From contig CAZBXD010000002.1 in the NCBI GenBank assembly GCA_964496065.1, positions 34,053-98,052 on the forward strand: DNA of 64,000 nt. The letters run 5' to 3'. This DNA is from an uncultured Bdellovibrionales bacterium. GTDB lineage: Bacteria > Pseudomonadota > Alphaproteobacteria > Micavibrionales > SZUA-601. Position 1 is the first letter of the stretch. Each line of letters begins with the position of its first letter. The notes beneath the pieces are model-generated. The model was not told where the DNA came from, searched no databases, and worked only from the letters and a program-made list of their open reading frames with translations. The position numbers were made by a program, and so were the translations under genes. Positions 47,926-61,000 of this stretch are shown here, in pieces.

Positions 47926-48900
47926 ATGAAAATGCATACATCAATCAATTGTTGGATTATTACTGAAGGGATGAAAGGGACAGAAAACCAATGTCTTGGC
48001 CTTGTCAATGCCATGGGGATTGAACCCACTGTAAAGAAAATTAAGCTCAAACAGCCTTGGCAGGTTATGAGTCCCTGGCTTTATTCAACCAAATTTAATC
48101 CCATTGGGAATGAAAGTGACTTATTTGCACCTCCTTGGCCCGATCTGATTGTTGCGGCAGGTCGTAAATCTGTTGCTCCGGCTCTGTGGGTCAAAGAGCA
48201 AGCTGGGGAGGATTGTGTTCTGATACAAATACAAAACCCCTATGTTAGCCCTAGTAAATTTGATTTTGTTATTACCCCTCAACATGATTATATTGAAGGT
48301 GATAACGTCATCAAAACTGTTGCTGGTCTGCATAATATTTGCCAAGAAAAACTGGACGAGGCCCGTGAATCCTATAAAAATCAGTTCTCTAAACTCCCTG
48401 AACCACGAGTGGCTGTCTTAATTGGCGGGGACAGTAAGCATCACACTCTTACACCTGATTCTGTTAATATTTTAGCACGGCAACTTAACCAATTGGCTCA
48501 TGATGGCTATGGTTTGATGGTTACTGTCTCACGACGCACAGGAGCTGAAAATGAGAAAATCCTGCGCGATACATTGACCGATAAAAATATTTATTTCTGG
48601 GATGATACAGGAGAAAACCCCTATGCAGGAATGCTTGCATGGGCAGATGTAATCCTTGTTACAGAGGATAGTGTTTCTATGACGTCTGAGGCAGTATCAA
48701 CTGGCAAAGCTGTCTATATAATAAAAATGGAAGGGAATTCTGATCGCCTAGATCGCTTCCATGAAACACTTCAAAAATCTGGGATAACGAGGATTTTTGA
48801 GGGTAAGATTGAACAATGGCAGTATGAACCACCCAGAGATACTGAAAAAGTTGCCAAAAAAATCATAGACTATCTTGGCAAGCGTAAACAAACCGGGTAA
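47926..48900 (+). CDS. ELM1/DUF1022 family protein (putative glycosyltransferase-like)
   Basis: 324 aa. The N-terminal CWIITEGMKGTENQCLGL and the later VLIGGDSKHH...VSRRT pattern are typical of the mitochondrial-fission ELM1-like bacterial family. Confidence 0.6.
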   Translation: MKMHTSINCWIITEGMKGTENQCLGLVNAMGIEPTVKKIKLKQPWQVMSPWLYSTKFNPIGNESDLFAPPWPDLIVAAGRKSVAPALWVKEQAGEDCVLIQIQNPYVSPSKFDFVITPQHDYIEGDNVIKTVAGLHNICQEKLDEARESYKNQFSKLPEPRVAVLIGGDSKHHTLTPDSVNILARQLNQLAHDGYGLMVTVSRRTGAENEKILRDTLTDKNIYFWDDTGENPYAGMLAWADVILVTEDSVSMTSEAVSTGKAVYIIKMEGNSDRLDRFHETLQKSGITRIFEGKIEQWQYEPPRDTEKVAKKIIDYLGKRKQTG

Positions 48901-48939
48901 TGAAGTAACCTAATTTTAAAAAAAACGAATTAAGACCTT

Positions 48940-51149
<2,210 letters not shown>

Positions 51150-52190
51150 TTATTTAAATTTGCGAATATCCGTTAAAGGTGCAAGATAATCGGGACACTG
51201 TTTCTCAAACCACTTTCGTACTTGCTCCAACTCAGGGTGTTGAATACATTGATGAAACCAATTTGTTGCAACAGGAACATAATCAAGAAAACGATCTTGG
51301 TGTTTTTGGACAACAATTCGCAAAAAATTTCCCATGTTTTTCGCGTGACGTTGCGCGCCAAGGATCGCCATATGGAGTTCAAATACCTCCCGATCATATG
51401 TCTCTCCCATTGCATCAAAATACCGATTGAGGATATGCACACGAATGTCTGGCTCAAGATCCCGCCGATCATCCTCCAGCAAAGACATAACATCATAAGC
51501 CGGGGAGGTCAAGACTCCATCTTGAAAATCAATAATGCCAACAGAATTAATTCCCTCCTCTCCAATCAAATCAAGGAGGTTCGGTGCGTGATAATCAATC
51601 ATAGACAACATTTTCGGTAGCGGCGGCATATTTTCCAACACGCTGCGCCACATCATTTTATAATCTGCGGCAATATCGGGAGGTGTTTCAAACCCATTAC
51701 GTGCTGGAAGATACCAATCAATAAAACTTGGAACCTCTTGCATATACCAAGTAATATCATGGGTTAGCTTACCCTCAAGCGGTGACAAATTGATATTTTG
51801 GTGGAGATGAATCAGAACATCGATTGCTTTTTCAAAATAAGGCATCTTATCAACCCCTTCATCATAGATCGTGGAATAAACCCGGTCACCAAAATCCTCA
51901 ATGAGAGCAAACCCTTTTTCTAAATCAGTTTCATAAATGTCCGGGGTACGAATGCCAGCCTTTTTCAAAACCCCACCAATAAGAAGATATTGTTCCAATT
52001 TTAGGAACTTAAAAGGCATGTCCATAAGCATTGCGCTTTGGTCATTTTTGGTTAAGCGAAAATAGCCACGAGATCCAGCATCAGCGAATAGGATTTGTAT
52101 TTCTGCGTCTTGCCAACCAATTTTTCTAATAAAGTCTAGGCGTTGTACATTGCGATCCTTGGGGATTTCTTGATACGAAAGCTCAGTCAT
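51150..52190 (-). CDS. aminoglycoside-phosphotransferase-fold kinase (AmgK-like anomeric sugar kinase candidate)
   Basis: 346 aa with the kinase catalytic region MIDYHAPNLL...GIIDFQDG. The substrate is inferred only from family context in alphaproteobacteria. Confidence 0.55.
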   Translation of the reverse strand: MTELSYQEIPKDRNVQRLDFIRKIGWQDAEIQILFADAGSRGYFRLTKNDQSAMLMDMPFKFLKLEQYLLIGGVLKKAGIRTPDIYETDLEKGFALIEDFGDRVYSTIYDEGVDKMPYFEKAIDVLIHLHQNINLSPLEGKLTHDITWYMQEVPSFIDWYLPARNGFETPPDIAADYKMMWRSVLENMPPLPKMLSMIDYHAPNLLDLIGEEGINSVGIIDFQDGVLTSPAYDVMSLLEDDRRDLEPDIRVHILNRYFDAMGETYDREVFELHMAILGAQRHAKNMGNFLRIVVQKHQDRFLDYVPVATNWFHQCIQHPELEQVRKWFEKQCPDYLAPLTDIRKFK

Positions 52191-52369
52191 ATTTTTTCTT
52201 TTTTTTATTAATTAAATGTCAGGTCAATAGTTTATAAAATAACGGGGATACTGTCTATTGTGTTCGCAGTAACCATTTCTTACAATTTTCCCATCATGCA
52301 ACAAAAAGATTGACAAAAATAGTCTTCCTATGAATACATGCGGACAAATAATAAATAAGGAAACGCGTT

Positions 52370-54511
52370 GTGGCACAGAAAAAAAAGAAAAAAGCGCCGA
52401 ATAAGATTGTGCAAAAAATCAAGGCGATCCGTAAAAAGATCGCCAAAGGGCTGTCGCGCCTAAAACCAACCCGAGAGAACCTGCCCTTTCTTTTAAAATG
52501 GGGGTTTGTTTGCTTTTTTTGGTCAATGATCGTTATTTTATCTGTTATCGCATGGCTCTCTTATGATTTACCGAATATGGATAGCGCGGTTGACTATGAC
52601 AAACGACCAACCGTCATTATCCTTGCCGCCAATGGTGATGAAATTGCCCGCTATGGTGATCTCCAAGGCGACATCATCCCACTAGAAAAAATGTCACCAC
52701 ATCTGATTAATGCTGTTTTAGCCGTTGAAGACCGACGATTTTATGATCATTTCGGGCTTGATTTTACTGGCTTAGCGCGTGCGATGTGGCGTAATTTTCG
52801 TGCCGGACAAGTTGTCCAAGGCGGTTCCACAATTACCCAACAATTGGCAAAAAATCTTTTTTTAACACCTGAACGTACTCTAACCCGCAAAGCCAAAGAA
52901 GCGTTACTCGCCCTTTACTTAGAACAAAAATATAGCAAAGACCAAATCCTCGCTGCATATCTCAACCGTGTCTATTTAGGAGGGGGGGCCTATGGGGTTG
53001 ATGCAGCATCCCTGATTTATTTTGATAAATCCGTGGCCGATCTGAATATTGAAGAATCGGCCATGATTGCCGGCCTTTTAAAAGCGCCATCACGATTTTC
53101 CCCCTCATCCAACCCAGAAAAAGCAGCACAGCGGGCACAAGTTGTGATTCAAGTAATGATTGACGCCGGCTATCTCAATGAAAAATCAGAGCCTATCCAA
53201 GTTGAAGCCCTCCCCAAGGGGGATTATGATCGCTCCGGGGCTGGGTCCATGCGCTATTTTGGGGATTGGATTATGAGCCAACTTGACTCTTATACTGACG
53301 CCACGGATCAAGATTTGATTATCCAAACAACCCTTAATCCGCGTTTACAACGCTATGCCGCCCAGCGTCTTGAAGCATATATTGCGGAAAGTGGCGAGGA
53401 ACGAAATTTCAGCCAAGGCGCCCTAGTCACGATGCGGCCAAATGGCGCCGTGACCGCAATGATTGGTGGGCGCGATTATAAAACCAGTCAATTTAACCGA
53501 GCCGTGCAAGCAAAGCGCCAGCCAGGCTCCTCTTTTAAACCAATTATCTATCTGGCCGGTATTCACATTGGACAGCTCGAATCTGAAAGTATTGTCATCG
53601 ATCAACCTCTAGAAATTGGAGATTATGAGCCAGAAAATTTTGGTGGCGAATATCGCGGCGCCATTACCCTGCAACATGCTCTGTCTGAGTCAGTCAATAC
53701 GGCCGCCGTGCAAATCTTGGATCATGTTGGGGTTAAGGCCGCGCAAGAAATCGCCCTCAGCTTAGGGATCACAGATCGACTTAACAATGATTTAAGTATG
53801 GCCTTGGGAACGAGTGAAACCAGCCTTTTAACCATGACTTCTGCTTATGCTGTTTTGGCGAATAATGGCCAATCTACACAACCCTATGGTATTCTTGAAA
53901 TTCGTACTGGTGCAGGTGATCTCCTCTACCGTCATAAACGAATCCCAAGTCTAGAAGTTGTTTCCGTTGAATCAATCGCCAAGCTTAACACCATGTTACA
54001 GTCTGTTATTCAATATGGTACCGGTCAAAATGCTCGTCTTGACCGTCCAGCTGCAGGCAAAACCGGGACAAGCCAAAATTATCGTGACGCATGGTTTATT
54101 GGATATACTCCAAGCTATGTCACAGGGGTATGGGTTGGCAATGATAATAATGATGCCATGAAACAGGTCACAGGGGGGAGTATCCCAGCCCGGCTATGGC
54201 GTGATATCATGCGTTCAGCTCATTACGGTGAGCAAATCACGTATTTGCCTGGTGCATTGCCACGACATTTCCTTGACCAGTCTGTTCGTGAAGATGCTGA
54301 ACCAGATGTTTTTCGTCATCGCTTTTCACAAATTGGCAATGAGGCAGAAGAAGCCGCGCGCGAAGCCGAAATGCTCGCACGGCGTAAAAGAAAGAGAAAT
54401 AGTGGGTTTTCACGTTTTCTTGATCGCCTAACTGGTCGTGATAGAAATCAAGACTCTTCAAATAATCTACCAGATGCTAAGAAAGATGATTTTTTCTATC
54501 GACAAAATTAG
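52370..54511 (+). CDS. mrcA: class A penicillin-binding protein (transglycosylase/transpeptidase, PBP1A family)
   Basis: 713 aa from a GTG start. Glycosyltransferase motifs EDRRFYDHFG and GGSTITQQLAKN are present, along with transpeptidase motifs SSFKP, SxN and KTGT. Confidence 0.85.
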   Translation: MAQKKKKKAPNKIVQKIKAIRKKIAKGLSRLKPTRENLPFLLKWGFVCFFWSMIVILSVIAWLSYDLPNMDSAVDYDKRPTVIILAANGDEIARYGDLQGDIIPLEKMSPHLINAVLAVEDRRFYDHFGLDFTGLARAMWRNFRAGQVVQGGSTITQQLAKNLFLTPERTLTRKAKEALLALYLEQKYSKDQILAAYLNRVYLGGGAYGVDAASLIYFDKSVADLNIEESAMIAGLLKAPSRFSPSSNPEKAAQRAQVVIQVMIDAGYLNEKSEPIQVEALPKGDYDRSGAGSMRYFGDWIMSQLDSYTDATDQDLIIQTTLNPRLQRYAAQRLEAYIAESGEERNFSQGALVTMRPNGAVTAMIGGRDYKTSQFNRAVQAKRQPGSSFKPIIYLAGIHIGQLESESIVIDQPLEIGDYEPENFGGEYRGAITLQHALSESVNTAAVQILDHVGVKAAQEIALSLGITDRLNNDLSMALGTSETSLLTMTSAYAVLANNGQSTQPYGILEIRTGAGDLLYRHKRIPSLEVVSVESIAKLNTMLQSVIQYGTGQNARLDRPAAGKTGTSQNYRDAWFIGYTPSYVTGVWVGNDNNDAMKQVTGGSIPARLWRDIMRSAHYGEQITYLPGALPRHFLDQSVREDAEPDVFRHRFSQIGNEAEEAAREAEMLARRKRKRNSGFSRFLDRLTGRDRNQDSSNNLPDAKKDDFFYRQN

Positions 54512-55284
54512 GTATTGAACTGTTCTGTTAGAATTCGTTCATCAAGTGTTTGGTCTGGATCAAATAGAACCCTTACAACATAGTCACGGCTTTTATAGAT
54601 CTCGACCCGATCAACATTTGGAGCAACATCAAAATCCGCCACTGCTGAAACAGGGCGCTTTTCTTTTTCCAATACAGTGAGTGTTACCTTGGCCTGCTGA
54701 TCAAGGATTGCCCCGCGCCAACGCCTTGGCCGAAAAGCAGAAATCGGCGTTAATCCCATAACATTTGCTTGGATTGGAATAATCGGCCCATGTGCAGACA
54801 AATTATAAGCCGTACTGCCAGCGGGCGTGCATACCAAAATACCATCTCCAACATATTCCTCAATCCGAACGACCCCATCAACCTTAACCTCTATTTTCAC
54901 GGCCTGATGTGTTTCACGATAAAGAGAGACTTCGTTAATCGCACGTTTTCGAATATGAGTACCATCGCAACAATGTGCTTCCATAACCAAAGGGTTTAAA
55001 TCAACATAGGTCGCCGCATTAAGCCTTTCCATCAGACCTTCTTCAGTGTAAGTGTTCAAAAGAAAGCCAACGGACCCCTTGTTCATACCATAGATGGGTT
55101 TCTTCAACTCAATATGATTGTGCAAAACATGGAGCATTTGGCCATCACCCCCTATCGCGACAAGACAATCGGCCCGCTCAACAGAGACAACATTATACTT
55201 TTTTGCTAAAATATTCGCTGCTTCTCTTGCCTCTTTCGTGTCTGCCGGTAAAAGCGCTATTGTTTTGATCTTTGACGCTGTCAT
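54508..55284 (-). CDS. nadK: NAD kinase
   Basis: GGDGQMLH motif and a C-terminal NE...D-type domain. The ATG at 55284 is preceded by GAGGGGGAG; the alternative start is at 55302. Confidence 0.85.
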   Translation of the reverse strand: MTASKIKTIALLPADTKEAREAANILAKKYNVVSVERADCLVAIGGDGQMLHVLHNHIELKKPIYGMNKGSVGFLLNTYTEEGLMERLNAATYVDLNPLVMEAHCCDGTHIRKRAINEVSLYRETHQAVKIEVKVDGVVRIEEYVGDGILVCTPAGSTAYNLSAHGPIIPIQANVMGLTPISAFRPRRWRGAILDQQAKVTLTVLEKEKRPVSAVADFDVAPNVDRVEIYKSRDYVVRVLFDPDQTLDERILTEQFNT

Positions 55285-55337
55285 GCTTGAACTCCCCCTC
55301 ATGAACCGTCATAATATAATGGTAAGAGGTAAAAATC

Positions 55338-55814
55338 ATGTATAAAATTTTGATGGTTTGTACTGGTAATATCTGCCGCTCACCAACGGCGCATGGTTTT
55401 TTAGATAATGCGCTCAAAAAAAATAATCTTGAACACATTGTACATGTTGACTCTGCTGGGATAACAGCGACCCATCAAGGGGAATCCCCCGATCCACGCA
55501 GTCAAGATATCGCCCTTCAAAGAGGGATTGATCTATCTTATATTGTATCAAGGCGAATAACCCCTGAAGATTATGAGGATTACGACTTGATTTTAGCGAT
55601 GGACAAAAGTTATCTCAAAAAAATGTCCCAAGATGCCCCAGCCTATACTCATCATAAAATTCATCTCTATCTCGATTTTACTGATCTTCCAGAAGGAAGC
55701 GAGGTCCCTGACCCCTATTACGGAGGTGCCGATGGCTTCCATCTTGTCGTTGATTTAGTTGATGCCGCGACAAGGGGATTGATTTTTATTTTAAAATCAC
55801 AGCTTGCACAATAA
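55338..55814 (+). CDS. low-molecular-weight protein-tyrosine phosphatase
   Basis: 158 aa with the active-site VCTGNICRSP and the DPYY general-acid region. Confidence 0.85.
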   Translation: MYKILMVCTGNICRSPTAHGFLDNALKKNNLEHIVHVDSAGITATHQGESPDPRSQDIALQRGIDLSYIVSRRITPEDYEDYDLILAMDKSYLKKMSQDAPAYTHHKIHLYLDFTDLPEGSEVPDPYYGGADGFHLVVDLVDAATRGLIFILKSQLAQ

Positions 55815-55926
55815 AATCTCTGTGTTACGATTTACAAAATATTAACCACTTTTTTAACAAAAATACGTAGACTCTTTTTGTTGTGTGTGTTGTTTGTTAA
55901 CTACCTGAGTTAACAGATAAAAATTC

Positions 55927-57228
55927 ATGAAGGAGAAAAAAAAGACCGTGTCTTTCTCTTGTATTACAAGATATACCGTTATAGCGTTTTTATTTGTGGC
56001 TTTCGCAATGCCACAACCAGCCCATGCCAAATATAATCCCAAATACGCCTCTATTGTTATAGATGCTGAAACAGGCAAGGTTCTTCGTTCTCGTAATGCT
56101 GACAAACGTCTCTACCCAGCAAGTTTGACAAAAATGATGACTCTATTCCTGACATTTGAAGCGATAGAAGATGGTCGGTTATCGATGAATCAATATATTC
56201 GCTTTTCAAATAAGGCTGCAGCCCAAGAACCCTCAAAAATTGGTTTAAACGCCGGAAGCCGCATCCTTGTGAGAGATGCAATTTTATCGCTGGTTACGAA
56301 GTCTGCTAATGATGTTGCTGTTGTACTAGCTGAAGCAATTGGGGGTAACGAACAGCAATTTGCTGCGATGATGACCCAACGTGCGCGTGCGCTGGGCATG
56401 AAAAATACAACCTTTAAAAATGCTTCAGGGCTTCACCACCCGCGCCAAGTGTCAACAGCGCGCGACATGGCAACTCTGTCGCGGTCATTAATGCAATATT
56501 TTCCCCATTATTACCATTTCTTTTCGACAAATACCTTCAGTTATAAAGGTAAAAACTATAAAAACCACAATAAATTGCTGACGACATATCGGGGTATGGA
56601 CGGGCTAAAAACTGGATATGTCCGCGCTGCTGGTTTTAATTTAGCCGCCTCAGCTGTTCGCGATGATCGCCGGCTTATTGGGGTTGTCTTTGGTGGGCGC
56701 AGCTCAAAAACCCGCAATGACCATATGGCAAAAATTCTTGATGAATCCTTTAATCGTCTACCGCGCAAATCAACGATTATGGTGCATAATGACCTCCCCC
56801 CCGTCCCAGGACGTAAGCCCTCTGTGCCAATTACCGTGGCCGAGATAGATACTCGTAACTATAACAATGAGATTATCGGAGAGGGCGATATTGATGCTGA
56901 GGCTACGCAGCGCCTTCAGGTTGCCCTCGCAAGTGCTGCTGCGACAACAGGGGTTGACCGAACCCTGGCTTCCATTGCACCGTCAATAGGCGATCAAAAC
57001 TGGGGGATACAGGTTGGTGCATTCAAAAGTCGTGCCGCCGGCGATAAAGCTTTACGCGATACGCGCGCAAGTTTGAGTATTATTCCAAGCTATGCGCGCT
57101 CTGTCATTACACCCCTGCAAACCAATGATGGTTTATTCTTCCGGGCTCGAATCATGGGGGTTGATGCGCAAACAGCAGAAAACGCATGTCAACTTCTGGT
57201 AGATTGCCTTGTTATTAGCGCCCGATAG
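55927..57228 (+). CDS. D-alanyl-D-alanine carboxypeptidase (PBP5/6 family) with C-terminal SPOR domain
   Basis: Signal peptide, then SLTKMMT (SxxK), SANDVAV (SxN) and KTGY motifs. The C-terminal WGIQVGAFKSRAAGDKAL...FFRARIMGVDAQTAENACQ segment is SPOR-like. Confidence 0.85.
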   Translation: MKEKKKTVSFSCITRYTVIAFLFVAFAMPQPAHAKYNPKYASIVIDAETGKVLRSRNADKRLYPASLTKMMTLFLTFEAIEDGRLSMNQYIRFSNKAAAQEPSKIGLNAGSRILVRDAILSLVTKSANDVAVVLAEAIGGNEQQFAAMMTQRARALGMKNTTFKNASGLHHPRQVSTARDMATLSRSLMQYFPHYYHFFSTNTFSYKGKNYKNHNKLLTTYRGMDGLKTGYVRAAGFNLAASAVRDDRRLIGVVFGGRSSKTRNDHMAKILDESFNRLPRKSTIMVHNDLPPVPGRKPSVPITVAEIDTRNYNNEIIGEGDIDAEATQRLQVALASAAATTGVDRTLASIAPSIGDQNWGIQVGAFKSRAAGDKALRDTRASLSIIPSYARSVITPLQTNDGLFFRARIMGVDAQTAENACQLLVDCLVISAR

Positions 57229-57247
57229 ACGTTGATAAAGTCCTCTC

Positions 57248-57276
57248 TTGACAGGTTTATTCTTTCAGGGCATTAT
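57248..57276 (+). promoter_or_regulatory. candidate sigma-70 promoter upstream of the DUF882 gene
   Basis: TTGACA (57248-57253), a 17-nt spacer, then CATTAT (57271-57276), about 125 nt upstream of the ATG at 57402. Confidence 0.35.
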
Positions 57277-57401
57277 CACGGCCTAAACCAAGCCTAAATT
57301 GGAAAATTTCTTTTGATAACAACAGGTTATAGTCTTAAGTAACAGTATCTTAAATATTGCAATGATATGTTTGGGCGTTACAAATAACAAAAATATTTAT
57401 T

Positions 57402-58007
57402 ATGTGTGAGAAAATAGAGAATTTGGGTGTGTCGCGCCGTGGCGTGATAAAGATGTTGGGTGTAGGCCTTGTAGCAGCGCCAACCTTGGTAATGCCAACG
57501 CCAGCACAAGCCCTCCTTTTTAGTCGTAAAAAAGAGAAGAAAGAAGCGCCTTTGGCTGGAGACCGTCAAAGAACCCTTTCTTTAATCAATAAAAATACCA
57601 ATGAAACTTATAAGGGAACCTATTGGAAGAATGGATATTATGTCCCAGATGAGCTGGCAAAATTTGATTATCTAATGCGTGATCACCGTCAAAACAGTGT
57701 GCGTCCGATTGACACAGATCTGCTTGATCTGGCTCATGACCTACAAGTGATTTTTGACCAAAAAGATATCCATGTGATTTCTGGTTACCGCTGTAAGAAA
57801 ACCAATGACATGTTGCGTCGTCGCTCTGGTAAAAAAGTAGCACGAAACAGCTATCACATTAAGGGGATGGCTATGGATTTACGTATTCCTGGCATTCCAA
57901 CAAAAGCCATTCGGGAGGCTTCTAAGACTATGGGCGTTGGCGGTGTTGGTTGGTACCCACGTCAAGGCTTCGTCCATATTGATACCGGACCTATCCGTTA
58001 TTGGTAA
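57402..58007 (+). CDS. DUF882/YcbK(MepK)-family peptidase M15-like protein with a Tat signal
   Basis: 201 aa with the twin-arginine signal VSRRGVIKMLGVGLVAAP...AQA. The C-terminal SGYRC...NSYHIKGMAMDL...GGVGWYP...FVHIDTG is the family core. Confidence 0.8.
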   Translation: MCEKIENLGVSRRGVIKMLGVGLVAAPTLVMPTPAQALLFSRKKEKKEAPLAGDRQRTLSLINKNTNETYKGTYWKNGYYVPDELAKFDYLMRDHRQNSVRPIDTDLLDLAHDLQVIFDQKDIHVISGYRCKKTNDMLRRRSGKKVARNSYHIKGMAMDLRIPGIPTKAIREASKTMGVGGVGWYPRQGFVHIDTGPIRYW

Positions 58008-58021
58008 TCTATGATTATTGC

Positions 58022-61000
58022 TTATTTTTTTGAGCTCGTGATTTCAGCTGACGCCATATCAAGACTATTCTTTCTAACTGCCTTACGAATCTGACAATCC
58101 TCTTCAATTTCACGAATACGTTCACAAATCGTATTTGCGCGGTTCGCGGAATAGAGTGGGCCGATATCTAAATACTTTCGATCCGATCTATCATCAGTAA
58201 ATTGTGGTTTTAAAGTGCCAAAAATCTCTGGATGTGCTTTACGCAAACGAACCCATTTTAACATCCTTAACAACCCTGAATTATAACTACCAAGGCGCAG
58301 AACCATCAAATTATCATATTTTTGTTTATTGTGTTTCAGCTCAAGTTCTGCGACTTCAACGTCATCAAGCGCGTCTGAATAAAGAACAAAATCAATCCCG
58401 CTTTCAACCGTCCCCAAAGCGGTGACATCAATAAAATGGTTGCCGGATGTTCGTAACCCACGAATTTCTGTCTCCCCATTTGGAATATTAATAATATAAT
58501 CGCCTGGTGGGACATCTTGGAACAAATAAAACCCATCATACCCGGTTTTTTCGGTTTGGATAATTTCCCGATCCGATGTCATTAATTCCACAGTTAGCTG
58601 GCGCGCTGGGCGTATTTGTTTATTTTTTCCAATCACATTAATGACCCCATCAATTTCTCCGCCGACTGCAATCGGAAAATCAATCTGTTGTACAACACCT
58701 GCCCGTGGCTTAACAGAACGTCCTTGATAAGTGGTAATCCAAAATGGATCATCAAATTTATCCCGGTCAACCGTAATATCTGTCAACCTATCCTCTTGCA
58801 GGCCATATAAAAACGCCGTACCTGTTTTATCTGTTTTTGCCCGTTTCACATCACTTTTTGCAATCACACTCACCCCTTCAAGAAGTTGTTCATCCGCATC
58901 TAAAAGACCATTATTATTCTCATCCAAAAAGGCGCGAGCAGAAACAGCCCCACTATTTGTCATCCGATTACGTGTCATCACCGCTTGATTAGAATAAGGA
59001 TCACGCCCAAGGCCAAAATTCATTGTCATCAACGCTGTTAATTCTTGATCAGAATCATAGCTTAGACGCGGTGTTAGAAGAAATTTATCATTGCGATAAT
59101 TCATAGAAAAACGCCCTTCGGTCAAGTCTGTCTCTAGAAAATTTTCAAGCTCGAGTTCAGCACTTAAATTCGTATTTAATGAGCGTAACCCAGAGACAAG
59201 AAAACTGTTAATCTCTGTATCAGGGGTGACATTATAATTAACCCGAGATCGCCAATGCGTGCCACTATAAACACCGCTGACTGATCCAGATCCGGTAATT
59301 CGATCTTGGTCAGTATCGGCATCATCATGGATATAAGAGGCTTGTTTATTTAAATTCATTCGACGAAAATTTGCCCCAATATTGCCCGACACCTCTGAGC
59401 GCTGCGTATCATCACCCCGTACATCATGTAACCCTTGTAAGGTATAGGATGATCTTCTTGCTAAACGCCCTTGGAGGCGCGCTTCTGTCTCCGAAACTGT
59501 TGGGATGCCCCCTGGATCAACGTCAAAATCATCTGTATTAAATTGTTGCCGCAAGCGAAGCGTATTTTTACCAATCAAACCCTGGGCAATGCCCTCTATA
59601 GCTGTTCCTCCGCCTGTCTCTGCCGCTGTGTTAAGTGTATAGAGAAAGCTATTGCGATTTGTTTGCAAACCCGCAACACCCAAAAGTTCAGCTTGGTTGC
59701 TACGTTGCCAGGCGCGCGTTCCAACAAAGCCCAAAAGGTTATCCGTCAAGCCATATTCATAGCGCGAGGCCAATGCCGGCGTTCCTTCATCAACTGAGTC
59801 AATCTCATTCAAACGATAGGTAACTTTATTCCGCTGAGTCAAAGAGACATCATAAGCACTTTGTCCTTGTTTCAAACGATTACCATAGACCGGTACAGAT
59901 CTGGTTTCTTCACGAATTTGTCCCTGTGGACCATAAAATACCAGACGAAATTCGTTATCACCAAAAAAGAGTTCAACATTTTGGAAATCATAGCGACCAG
60001 AAGAATCAACTTGTTGAACCCCAATCAGAATATCATTGCGAAACAATTCAACATCCCATCCCGGTTGTACATCCCCCTGCAATTGTATCGTGTCACTAAT
60101 ATCTTCATCACTAATATTTGATGAAAGACGGACGCCTCTTTCTTGGCCAGAATCATCAACAATCGCTAAACGGGTTGGGGTAATATCCCCTAAGCTCACC
60201 TCATCCACCCCAAATGGCCCCAGGTCTTCACCCTCATCTGCTTTACGGTTCAGCGTAAGACGAACCTCTTGAACAGACTCATCCTTTGTCCCTTGGATAA
60301 AGGTTTTGGCATTCATATACCCCAGATCATTCGCCCCAATAAGAGAGTAGCGGGCGGTTGTCGTTGCATCGCGATCCGGTCGTTTTGAATATGCACCGCT
60401 TAGCTGAACATCAACAAATGGCTCGGTGATAAAGCGATAGGGATCCCTCTCATAGGGCAAAATAGGCCGGCGTGAGACATACTCAAACTCTCGAGCCCGT
60501 TTATCGCGCAAAAGACGGGTTTCAATCGGTAGAGGGTCTTGTGAATCAACAACAATGGCCAACATCTCCAGATCGGCCTCTAGATGCAAATCAAACCACT
60601 CTGCAAGGGTTTCAAAGCGCACTAACAAATCTGTGCCATCATTGATAACATCTTGTTCTTGGATTGTGTAGCGCCGCCCATCTACTTCAACAAAGGCTTG
60701 CGTGACATCCATATAAAAGGGCTTATCCTCAGAAATATACCACCCACTCGCCATCTGACTATCAAGATTGATATCAATCGGAAAATCAACCGCTGACAAA
60801 AACTCAAAAAGCGACAGATAAAGGGTATTATTCTGTTTTATACTGAGCAATCCTTCCGATAAAACAATCTTTTCTGTTGCTACGAGAAGAATCAACTCCT
60901 CCCCCTCACCAATTGAGCGAAGTCGGTCATTAAACTTGTCATAGTTGCTTAAAACACTCTCATCTGACAGATAGCTATCATCCGCCATCATTCTGTCAAA

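Noticed and set aside
52376-52400. A-rich tracts (A8 and A6) at the PBP1A 5' end, and a similar A8 at the carboxypeptidase start (55937-55944), as slip-strand switches
   Set aside because: They encode Lys-rich cytoplasmic N-termini that are typical before a signal-anchor. The frames are intact, and there is no supporting evidence for phase variation.
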